Shown here: positions 35,023 to 42,961 of the stretch, one piece after another
How positions within the stretch are numbered: the first letter of the stretch is position 1
Layout of the letters: every line of letters starts with the position of its first letter
DNA from: a virus
Lineage: Duplodnaviria > Heunggongvirae > Uroviricota > Caudoviricetes
IMG/VR virus record: IMGVR_UViG_2531839476_000018
Direction: 5' to 3' (one strand)
Length of the DNA: 42,961 bases
The notes under the pieces: model-generated
Database searches by the model: none
What the model was told of the DNA's origin: nothing
Seen by the model: the letters and a program-made list of their open reading frames with translations, nothing else
Translations under genes and position numbers: made by a program

Positions 35023-37086
35023 ATGTCCAATATACTATGGGGCGACCTGGAAACCTATTGCGAAATCCCTATTACGAACGGTACCCATGCGTATGCCGAA
35101 GGCGTTGAAGTGATGCTTTTCGCATGGGCTATCAACGACGGGCCAGTAAACGTGTGGGATATCACTGCCGGTGGTGGTATTCCACACGGCTTATACGAAG
35201 CAATCGCAGACCCTGAAACCCTGCTTTATTTCCATAACTCTCACTTCGACCGCACCGTTCTGCGTTATGCAATGCCGCGCCTGGCACCGCCAGTCGAACG
35301 TTGGCGCGACACAATGGTGCAGGCGCTGGCGCACGGCCTCCCGGGGTCTCTGGGGGAACTCTGCGAAATACTCGGCGTCCCGCAAGACAAAGCGAAGGAC
35401 AAAGAAGGTAAAGCGCTGATCCAGCTGTTCTGTAAGCCACGCCCGAAAAACAGCAAACTGCGTCGGGCCACCAGTAAAACCCACCCGGAAGAATGGCGGC
35501 GCTTTGTTGCTTACGCCGGACTGGATATCGAGGCAATGCGCGAAGTCTATAAACGTCTGCCGAAGTGGAATTATCAGGGGACAGAACTGGCGCTCTGGCA
35601 TCGTGATCAGCAGATCAACGACCGGGGCGTCTGCATGGACATTCAACTCGCGCGCGCTGCGATCGAAGCGGTAGACCAGGAGCAAAAGCGCCTGGCAAAG
35701 CGTACACAGGAAATGACTGATGGCGAAGTGCAGGCAGCCACACAACGAGACGCGTTGATTAAGCACATTGTTGAATCCTACGGTGTGGAGCTACCAGACA
35801 TGCAACGCAGTACTCTGGAACGTCGTATTGCCGACCCCGATTTACCATCTGCCGTGAAAGAACTGCTGGCTATCCGCCTGCAGGCCAGTACTACCAGCAC
35901 CAGTAAATACAAGGCACTGATGAAAGGCGTAAGCCACGACGGGCGCTTACGCGGTACGCTACAGTTCTGCGGGGCGTCACGTACCGGTCGTTGGGCCGGA
36001 CGGCTATTCCAGCCCCAGAACCTTCCCCGCCCTTCACTAAAACAGGAACAAATAGACGAAGGCATCGAAGCACTGAAAGCCGGATGTGCAGACCTGCTGT
36101 TTGACAATATCATGGAACTAACCAGTTCAGCGTTACGTGGCTGCATTATCGCGCCAACAGGCAAAAAGCTGGTGGTAAGTGACTTGTCGAACATTGAAGG
36201 CCGTATGCTGGCATGGCTGGCGGGAGAAGAATGGAAACTGAATGCATTCAGAGAGTACGACGCCGGAACGGGTCCGGACTTATATAAACTGGCGTATGCA
36301 AAAGCTTTCGATATTGCACCAGATGATGTTGATAAACACATGCGTCAGATCGGTAAAGTCATGGAACTCGGTCTGGGTTATGGTGGTGGTGTGTCGGCCT
36401 TCATCACTTTTGCACTGGTTTACGGTCTCGATCTCGACGAGCTGGCGAACGCCGCACTACCAAACATTCCCCGCGATGTTATCCGCGAGGCGAAAAGCTG
36501 GTACGACGAATCGGTTAAACGCAAGTCAACCTACGGGCTTTCTGAACGGGTATTTATCGCCTGCGACTCACTTAAACGTCTCTGGCGCCGGGCGCATCCC
36601 GCGACCTGTGATTTCTGGTACGAACTGGAGCGCACCGTCCGCACTGCAATCGCCACACCGCAAAAAACATTGTATTGCGGTTATCTTAAAATCCGCCGCG
36701 ATGGCGCGTGGCTGCGCATACAGCTACCATCCGGACGCGCTGTATGCTACCCGTCTCCGGTTATCGAAAAAGGGAATATCACCTACATGGGGGTTAACTC
36801 TTATTCGCGTAAATGGCAACGACTCAAAACCTACGGCGGAAAGCTGGTGGAGAACATCACCCAGGCGGCCGCCCGCGACATTCTGGCCGGAAACATGCCG
36901 CTTATCGAAGATGCCGGTTACAGCATTGTGCTGACGGTACACGACGAGGTGATCACCGAAGCACCTGACACAGAAGATTTCAACGATAAAGCGCTTTCCG
37001 CGCTTCTCTCCACTGACCCCGAATGGGCGCCCGATATCCCACTGAACGCTGGCGGTTTTGAGGCGTACCACTACAAAAAAGATTGA
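35023..37086 (+). CDS. Family A DNA polymerase (phage type, with N-terminal 3'-5' exonuclease-like domain)
   Basis: 687 aa; polymerase motifs recognisable: motif A-like [15 protein letters not shown], motif B-like [16 protein letters not shown], motif C LTVHDEV. Confidence 0.85.
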   Translation: MSNILWGDLETYCEIPITNGTHAYAEGVEVMLFAWAINDGPVNVWDITAGGGIPHGLYEAIADPETLLYFHNSHFDRTVLRYAMPRLAPPVERWRDTMVQALAHGLPGSLGELCEILGVPQDKAKDKEGKALIQLFCKPRPKNSKLRRATSKTHPEEWRRFVAYAGLDIEAMREVYKRLPKWNYQGTELALWHRDQQINDRGVCMDIQLARAAIEAVDQEQKRLAKRTQEMTDGEVQAATQRDALIKHIVESYGVELPDMQRSTLERRIADPDLPSAVKELLAIRLQASTTSTSKYKALMKGVSHDGRLRGTLQFCGASRTGRWAGRLFQPQNLPRPSLKQEQIDEGIEALKAGCADLLFDNIMELTSSALRGCIIAPTGKKLVVSDLSNIEGRMLAWLAGEEWKLNAFREYDAGTGPDLYKLAYAKAFDIAPDDVDKHMRQIGKVMELGLGYGGGVSAFITFALVYGLDLDELANAALPNIPRDVIREAKSWYDESVKRKSTYGLSERVFIACDSLKRLWRRAHPATCDFWYELERTVRTAIATPQKTLYCGYLKIRRDGAWLRIQLPSGRAVCYPSPVIEKGNITYMGVNSYSRKWQRLKTYGGKLVENITQAAARDILAGNMPLIEDAGYSIVLTVHDEVITEAPDTEDFNDKALSALLSTDPEWAPDIPLNAGGFEAYHYKKD

Positions 37087-37150
37087 TATAACTCACCTTA
37101 TCGAGCTATGGCGACATGCTGAATTCGAGTAAATTAAAGGAACAATACTT

Positions 37151-37912
37151 ATGCAGGAACTAACTGAAATGCCGATCACCTATCCATACCCGAGAGAAAC
37201 TTTTCCTGACTTTTTGAGGGAGTGTGGGTTCACCAATTTTTCCCACGAACAGCGTGAGACTTGTGACTGCTATCGTTTAACGAATGGCGTAATTGTTAAC
37301 CTTTACACCACCCGGACCATTCAGTTTCAAGGTAACCCTCAAGAACGTCCCAATGTTGAAACTGCAATAATGACCCATTTAGGAACGCCGCCCACGGCAA
37401 CACCACTAGCCGTAGAACAGCCATCTGAGCTCCCCAAAAAGATATTCATTGTTCACGGCCATGACCATACTGCAAAGGAGCAACTTGAGCTAATCCTTCA
37501 TAAACTTGGATTACCAGACCATTTCATTTTGCAGAATACGGGAGGGACTGGACTCACCATTATTGAAGAGCTTGAACGTGAAATTGGGCAAGGACAAACT
37601 GCTACCCGTTTCGGGATTGTTCTTTTGACACCTGATGATATGGGATACTCAAAGCGCGCCGGTGAAGCAGAAATCCAACCCCGCGCAAGACAGAACGTTG
37701 TACTCGAGATGGGTATGCTTCTTTCGTCCTTAGGGCGCAGCAATGTAGCAATCCTTCAGAAACAGCACCTAGAACAGCCTTCTGATGCTAACGGGATTTT
37801 GTATCTGAATTTCAACGACCATGTACGTGAAACAGTTCCTCGTCTAGTGCAACGGTTACAAAATTCTGGTTTCGAATTTACACAAGCTCAAATAGCTAAC
37901 GCTTCCTCGTAA
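37151..37912 (+). CDS. Hypothetical protein with a C-terminal TIR-like / nucleoside-deoxyribosyltransferase-like motif set; candidate defence effector
   Basis: 253 aa; residues about 100-250 contain KIFIVHGHDHTAKEQLELIL … GIVLLTPDD … NVVLEMGML, resembling TIR-like (COG4271-type) domains as recalled; unknown N-terminal 95 aa; AAGGA ribosome-binding site; own terminator. Confidence 0.4.
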   Translation: MQELTEMPITYPYPRETFPDFLRECGFTNFSHEQRETCDCYRLTNGVIVNLYTTRTIQFQGNPQERPNVETAIMTHLGTPPTATPLAVEQPSELPKKIFIVHGHDHTAKEQLELILHKLGLPDHFILQNTGGTGLTIIEELEREIGQGQTATRFGIVLLTPDDMGYSKRAGEAEIQPRARQNVVLEMGMLLSSLGRSNVAILQKQHLEQPSDANGILYLNFNDHVRETVPRLVQRLQNSGFEFTQAQIANASS

Positions 37913-37935
37913 TTACCCCTTATTGTTGATTACAA

Positions 37936-37960
37936 CCCTGCATCGCGGGGTTTTTTATTT
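37936..37960 (+). terminator. Intrinsic terminator after the TIR-like gene
   Basis: ccctgc-atc-gcgggg stem (one G-U pair) followed by TTTTTTATTT. Confidence 0.55.
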
Positions 37961-37975
37961 GGGAATAAAAACCCT

Positions 37976-38110
37976 ATGTCATTTAAATACCGGGACAGTC
38001 CGCTTTATTACCGGACTGTGCGGGAGGCTTTGCACCTTGAACAGTCCGGCGGGTACGACCGGGCGATGCAGGTCTGGGCCAAAGCGAACGTCGGTTTGAT
38101 TTTTGTCTGA
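37976..38110 (+). CDS. Possible small ORF (44 aa)
   Basis: ATG at 37976, stop TGA at 38108-38110; weak ribosome-binding site; not in the ORF track (under 60 aa). Confidence 0.2.
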   Translation: MSFKYRDSPLYYRTVREALHLEQSGGYDRAMQVWAKANVGLIFV

Positions 38111-38146
38111 TGCAGAACATGCGCGAAAAGCGTAAGGAGGTGGACG

Positions 38147-38341
38147 ATGTCTAATATCGATAATAAGGGTTGGGGGTTCCCCGCTCTGTCAAAAAAAGCA
38201 CATTTCTTTAATTCGGGGGAAGCCATATCACTATGCGGAAAATGGATGTTCATAGGTATCAGGATTGATGAATGGCATGACCATCCTGAGAACTGCGCTA
38301 TCTGCATGAAGAAACGCAAAAAGCAGGAAGGCGAAAGCTAA
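38147..38341 (+). CDS. Small Cys-rich protein
   Basis: 64 aa with C…C…CAIC; stop overlaps the VRR-NUC start. Confidence 0.4.
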   Translation: MSNIDNKGWGFPALSKKAHFFNSGEAISLCGKWMFIGIRIDEWHDHPENCAICMKKRKKQEGES

Positions 38342-38628
38342 TGGCCTATGAACGTGAAAACCTAATCGAAAAGCACCTCGTCGCTGAAGTAAAAAAGGCT
38401 GGCGGGGTTGCCTTTAAGTTCGTATCCCCCGGTCGCCGCTCGGTACCAGATCGCATTGTTCTGCTACCCGGCGGTCGTATCATTTTCGTTGAATGTAAAT
38501 CCCCCGGCAAGCCACCACGGCCTGACCAGTTGCGCGAACACGGACGGTTGCGCGCGCTGGGCTTTACCGTAGTGGTGCTGGATAGCAAAAATCTGGAGGC
38601 CATTATTTTAAGCCGCAATAAAGGATAA
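38341..38628 (+). CDS. VRR-NUC domain nuclease
   Basis: 95 aa with PDRIVLLPGGRIIFVECK (PD…(D/E)xK core) as recalled for VRR-NUC. Confidence 0.7.
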   Translation: MAYERENLIEKHLVAEVKKAGGVAFKFVSPGRRSVPDRIVLLPGGRIIFVECKSPGKPPRPDQLREHGRLRALGFTVVVLDSKNLEAIILSRNKG

Positions 38629-38640
38629 AAGACTTATGCT

Positions 38641-39273
38641 TTAATCCGTATTTTTAACACGTATTTCGAAACACCCTTTTAATTTAGCTATTTCCTTTTT
38701 AGAGGACATGATTGTGAATCTCATCCCTTTTAAATCATTAACAAATTCAAATTTTGCGCTATTTGACTCACAATCACCAACAACAAAACCACTACCAAAT
38801 GAATTGAGCAACACTTTAGTATTACTACCATCTACCATATAATATTCGTTATTTTTAAATGCAGTAACCTTCCCGAATGTATAGCTCAATATCAACAACG
38901 TTATCACCCCTAAAGGAAAAGCTGACTTTAGGATTTTTAAATCGATATAATAAAATACGTTCTTATACTCTGCAAGCCTCCCAAATTTTCTAATGCTCTC
39001 CATATGATGTTCGTGTCTCTTACTATGGATTGGCATGGACACCACATTGTGATAATTCAACAAAAGCATAGCAAATAATAAAATATCCTGAACACTCATC
39101 ACAGAAGTTTCGGAGAAATAACCAAAAGGCCAATGAAATCCTATTATACAAATATTAGCCATTAGCATAACAACTATAAATACAATAAATGGAACATAAT
39201 ATTTCCCTTTCAAATCAAACATCAACGCCGCATATAAGGCGCCGAGAAATAAAAAACTAAAAACAAAAGCCAC
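38641..39273 (-). CDS. AT-rich island 2, distal ORF: polytopic membrane protein of unknown function (cargo, antisense)
   Basis: 210 aa with several TM helices followed by a soluble C-terminal domain; AT-rich. Confidence 0.5.
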   Translation of the reverse strand: MAFVFSFLFLGALYAALMFDLKGKYYVPFIVFIVVMLMANICIIGFHWPFGYFSETSVMSVQDILLFAMLLLNYHNVVSMPIHSKRHEHHMESIRKFGRLAEYKNVFYYIDLKILKSAFPLGVITLLILSYTFGKVTAFKNNEYYMVDGSNTKVLLNSFGSGFVVGDCESNSAKFEFVNDLKGMRFTIMSSKKEIAKLKGCFEIRVKNTD

Positions 39274-39437
39274 ACAGCCGAATACAATAGCGTATTTAAG
39301 TCTATTTTAATAAAAAGGTCTGGATAGCCATAATACGATGCAACACCTTTCTGAAAAGAATATGCCATCGCATAAGCTAACGCTGAAAACATAGTTAATA
39401 AAGAAACTTGCTTTGTAAATATTTTCGCCAGGGGCAT
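39222..39437 (-). CDS. AT-rich island 2, proximal ORF (membrane protein fragment); possibly the frameshifted N-terminal part of one gene
   Basis: 71-aa hydrophobic ORF overlapping the 210-aa ORF in another frame across A/T homopolymer runs (39247-39269). Confidence 0.4.
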   Translation of the reverse strand: MPLAKIFTKQVSLLTMFSALAYAMAYSFQKGVASYYGYPDLFIKIDLNTLLYSAVWLLFLVFYFSAPYMRR

Positions 39438-39500
39438 ACCCGCCTCCGTTAGTTATATATATAGAGAGAGAAGTGACCATATTCTACCATAGGTGTATTA

Positions 39501-40895
39501 ATGAATAGCATATTCCACCCCAGAGTTTATCAAAACCTCATAATCAATCACCAAACTAACATTCTGCGCGGCAACATCTGGGCGGGTATGGGAATGGGTA
39601 AAACCGTGGCAACGCTCACTGCGCTGGAAGATCTCTTTATGGCAGGGGCAGAAACATGCCCCGCACTGGTCCTCGCGCCGCTGCGCGTGGCTGCCAGCAC
39701 ATGGCCGGATGAAGCACTGAAGTGGGGACATTTGCGCAATATCGAGGTGCAGCCAATTATTGGTAATGCCAAAGCGCGCTCTATGGCGCTGACGAACAGC
39801 AACGCAAGCGTGTTCACCATCAACTACGATAACCTTGTCTGGCTGATTGAAGAATTGGGAGAACGATGGCCGTTCGGTACTGTCATTCCAGATGAAAGCA
39901 CCCGGCTAAAATCCTTCCGGCTGCGCGGTGGTGGTAAGCGCGCGGCGGCGCTGGGCAAAGTGGCGCATAAGTATGTCCGGCGCTGGATAAATCTCACCGG
40001 TACGCCAGCACCGAACGGCCTGGTAGATTTGTGGGGACAATCGTGGTTTGTGGACCAGGGGCAACGTCTCGGGCGCACTTACGGCGCGTTTACCTCACGC
40101 TGGTTCAACTCGATACAGTTTCCGGGGCAGAGCTGGACCAAACTGGAGCCTTTTGCTCACTCACAGGGTGAAATACAGCGAGCGTTAGCCGATGTAACCC
40201 TCTCGCTGGATGCGGCCGACTGGTTCGATATCAAAGACCCCATCCATAACGTAATCCGCGTGGATATGCCACCGAAGGCCCGTCAGCAGTATCGTGAAAT
40301 GGAAAAGGAAATGTTCCTCGAGCTGAATGGCGAAGGCATCGAAGCACCGAACGCCGCGGCAAAGACACTGAAGTGTCTGCAAATCGCCAGCGGCGCAGTA
40401 TACACAGATGACACCGGAAGTTGGTCAGAACTGCATGACACCAAACTACAGGCGCTGGACAGCATACTGACCGAAGCAGCTGGCGCACCTGTGCTGGTTG
40501 CTTATCACTGGAAACACGATCTTGAACGCTTGCTTAAAGCATTCCCTCGCGGTCGTCACCTCGACCAGGATCCACAGACACTGCGCGACTGGAATTCCGG
40601 AAAGATTCCTGTTCTCTTTGCACACCCAGCCAGCGCGGGCCACGGCCTGAACATGCAGGACGGCGGAAATATACTGGTATTTTTCTCACACTGGTGGGAC
40701 CTGGAGCAATATCAGCAAATTATTGAACGTATCGGCCCCACCAGGCAGATACAGGCCGGACACAATCGTCCGGTATTTATTCACCACATTATTGCTGCCG
40801 ACACTATGGATGAAATGGTGATGGAGCGGCGCAACTCAAAACGAACAGTGCAGGACATCCTGCTCGATGCCATGAAAAAGAGAGGTATAGCATGA
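39501..40895 (+). CDS. SNF2-family helicase / ATPase
   Basis: 464 aa; Walker A GMGMGKT, DEXx-like VIPDEST, and C-terminal helicase motifs. Confidence 0.8.
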   Translation: MNSIFHPRVYQNLIINHQTNILRGNIWAGMGMGKTVATLTALEDLFMAGAETCPALVLAPLRVAASTWPDEALKWGHLRNIEVQPIIGNAKARSMALTNSNASVFTINYDNLVWLIEELGERWPFGTVIPDESTRLKSFRLRGGGKRAAALGKVAHKYVRRWINLTGTPAPNGLVDLWGQSWFVDQGQRLGRTYGAFTSRWFNSIQFPGQSWTKLEPFAHSQGEIQRALADVTLSLDAADWFDIKDPIHNVIRVDMPPKARQQYREMEKEMFLELNGEGIEAPNAAAKTLKCLQIASGAVYTDDTGSWSELHDTKLQALDSILTEAAGAPVLVAYHWKHDLERLLKAFPRGRHLDQDPQTLRDWNSGKIPVLFAHPASAGHGLNMQDGGNILVFFSHWWDLEQYQQIIERIGPTRQIQAGHNRPVFIHHIIAADTMDEMVMERRNSKRTVQDILLDAMKKRGIA

Positions 40896-41092
40896 GCGAG
40901 AAACCCGACGATTTACTCACCCCGGATGAAGTATGCCAAAAGTTAGGTATTACACAGAAAACGCTATGTGAGTGGAATATTAAGCATCGTCATCGGGCTA
41001 TCCTGGCACCAATTCGTTTCAGTGCAAAAGTAGTTCGTTATGAGCGCCGAAATATCGACGCTTTTATTCAAAAATGTCGCAGCCAGTATTAA
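40892..41092 (+). CDS. Excisionase / AlpA-like HTH regulator
   Basis: 66 aa with HTH LLTPDEVCQKLGITQKTL; adjacent to and convergent with the integrase. Confidence 0.6.
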   Translation: MSEKPDDLLTPDEVCQKLGITQKTLCEWNIKHRHRAILAPIRFSAKVVRYERRNIDAFIQKCRSQY

Positions 41093-42492
41093 CCTCGCCG
41101 CCGTAGCAATGCCACCTGCGCAAGTATGCTCCGCTCGTGAGCCTCGAAAGCTTCGCGCTTCAACGCAATCTCTTCCTGTAAAATCTCATCAGAAAAGTCG
41201 TAATGTTCTGCCATCGGGTCATCTGACTTGCTGGAGTGGTGAAGGCAAAGGAGGCTGATTTCCCTTCGGTCTGAGCGGGAATAGCCTCTTTCCTTCATCA
41301 AGGCAATAACATTGCTCTTAAGGAATTTACGGCACATCGTATTAAATGCACCGTCTTTCCCTTTAACAGTCCCATCATGTTTTATTCCTTTTACAGCCCC
41401 GTCCGGGCTGTATGTTTTCACCAGCTTATCCAGTGATCGTTTTGAAAATGGCTGCATTGGATCACGTGGCTGCAAAAATACATAATCCCTGTTGCACTCA
41501 GGAACTGAATCACGCCAGGCTTTCTGCTCGTCGATAATCCGCCGGATCTCAGGGGTTATCGGCAGGCGGAAAGCCTTTTGTGTTTTCATAGCCCCTCGCA
41601 TGCCGATAACCCCTTCCGGATAAACAATTTCACCAGCCTCCTCGTGAACGTAGTCCCAGCGCAGGTTATGGACATTAATCGGACGAACACCAGTGATGAT
41701 CATGAAGCGAACAGCATTCTTCTGGTGTACAGAGGTGCAGGCAGCAACATTGAGCCAGAGTCGGGCGATTGATTCAATATCGGTAAAAAGCCGTGTGGGG
41801 GTAGGTTTCTGTACGCGGGAGGAAACATAATCATCTGGCAGACTGGCGGCAACATTGCGGCCGTTGCAAAGAGTAGGTGCGCAGAACTTCCAGAACCGAC
41901 GGAGCTCGGCAAACAACTCCAGGGCGTTATTGTTCGAGCGAGTAGCGATCCACTCGTCCAGCACTTCCACCAGCCGATTGTATGTTACGTCGCTGAACAC
42001 CTCGCGCTCGCCGAACGTTGCTTTAATCCGGTCGATACGCACCCCGTAGGTTGTGAAACTGTCCGGGCTCAGCTTCTGCCGGGCGACTTTGGCTTTGAGG
42101 TCATCCCGGTACATTTCCAGCGCTGCATGTACGGACTCTGCCCGCAGGCCACCGTCAGCCATACCTAGCGCTTTTTCGCGCGCCAGCTGGATAGCGAGCT
42201 CCGGCCACTCGCCGAGCTTTTTACCTTTGAGGCCCATCTTTTTTGGAAACTCGGCGTAAAATGTAACCTTACCGGCTTTGCTGAAATCGATACGGAGATA
42301 GTTCTCTTTTTCGTATTTGGAACGGCGAGCCACGCCGGAAGCAGCGAGGATGATTTTGGCGGCAGCAACACAGATTTTCATGTGTGCGCTAGTATAGGGG
42401 GGTTTACAGGCGTCCCATTTTTCAGAAGCGGCTAAAACATCGTCATTATTGGGGCTATCCGGATTATGTGTTACAGTGCGCGGCATTCTCAA
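41089..42492 (-). CDS. int: Tyrosine site-specific integrase
   Basis: 467 aa; C-terminal catalytic region with …LCLHHSSK… and …AEHYDF… (candidate catalytic Tyr); located at the prophage end beside host yfhL. Confidence 0.8.
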   Translation of the reverse strand: MRMPRTVTHNPDSPNNDDVLAASEKWDACKPPYTSAHMKICVAAAKIILAASGVARRSKYEKENYLRIDFSKAGKVTFYAEFPKKMGLKGKKLGEWPELAIQLAREKALGMADGGLRAESVHAALEMYRDDLKAKVARQKLSPDSFTTYGVRIDRIKATFGEREVFSDVTYNRLVEVLDEWIATRSNNNALELFAELRRFWKFCAPTLCNGRNVAASLPDDYVSSRVQKPTPTRLFTDIESIARLWLNVAACTSVHQKNAVRFMIITGVRPINVHNLRWDYVHEEAGEIVYPEGVIGMRGAMKTQKAFRLPITPEIRRIIDEQKAWRDSVPECNRDYVFLQPRDPMQPFSKRSLDKLVKTYSPDGAVKGIKHDGTVKGKDGAFNTMCRKFLKSNVIALMKERGYSRSDRREISLLCLHHSSKSDDPMAEHYDFSDEILQEEIALKREAFEAHERSILAQVALLRRRG

Positions 42493-42691
42493 TCCTTATC
42501 TGCGTAGGCGCAGAAAACAAGCTCACACATACAAGTCTTTTCTACGGGACAAAATGCAATGTGTTGCGGTTTAGTGTTGCTGGACTGAGTTTATCAAGGT
42601 TAAATACACTGGATCAACATACAGTAAGTTAATGACAGTAAAGCATACAAACTCGATACAACTTACTGATTTTAAAATGATTTAACGGTAA

Positions 42692-42961
<270 letters not shown>

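Overview
The window is almost entirely one integrated temperate phage (prophage) of an enterobacterial host. Its right end abuts the host ferredoxin gene yfhL (42701-42961); the left prophage end lies outside or at the edge of the window. All calls are from reading the sequence and recalled protein families; no database search was run. The prophage is a mosaic. (1) A lambdoid control and lysis backbone: cI repressor with S24 peptidase domain, divergent Cro-like gene, Q antiterminator, holin, a lambda-R-type endolysin, and Rz with an embedded Rz1. (2) A contractile-tail virion module on the minus strand: TerS, TerL, portal, Mu-F-like head protein, scaffold, capsid, sheath, tube, chaperone with a -1 frameshift site, tape measure, baseplate. 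(3) A Mu/e14-type invertible tail-fibre segment flanked by 26-bp hix/gix-like inverted sites, whose serine invertase appears frameshifted. (4) Two replication systems: a large primase-type protein next to an iteron-rich putative origin, and a DUF2800 / DUF2815 / family-A polymerase / VRR-NUC / SNF2 module. Several insulated cargo loci have no recognisable virion or replication role and are the best candidates for undescribed accessory or defence functions: a terminator-bracketed two-gene cassette inside the baseplate operon (6790-7949, small protein with an Rx6H HEPN-like motif), a TIR-like-motif protein with its own terminator (37151-37912), two AT-rich antisense islands encoding membrane proteins split at homopolymer runs (34348-34976, 38641-39437), and a coiled-coil zinc-ribbon protein convergent with cI (30636-31154). 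No rRNA, tRNA or CRISPR array was recognised.
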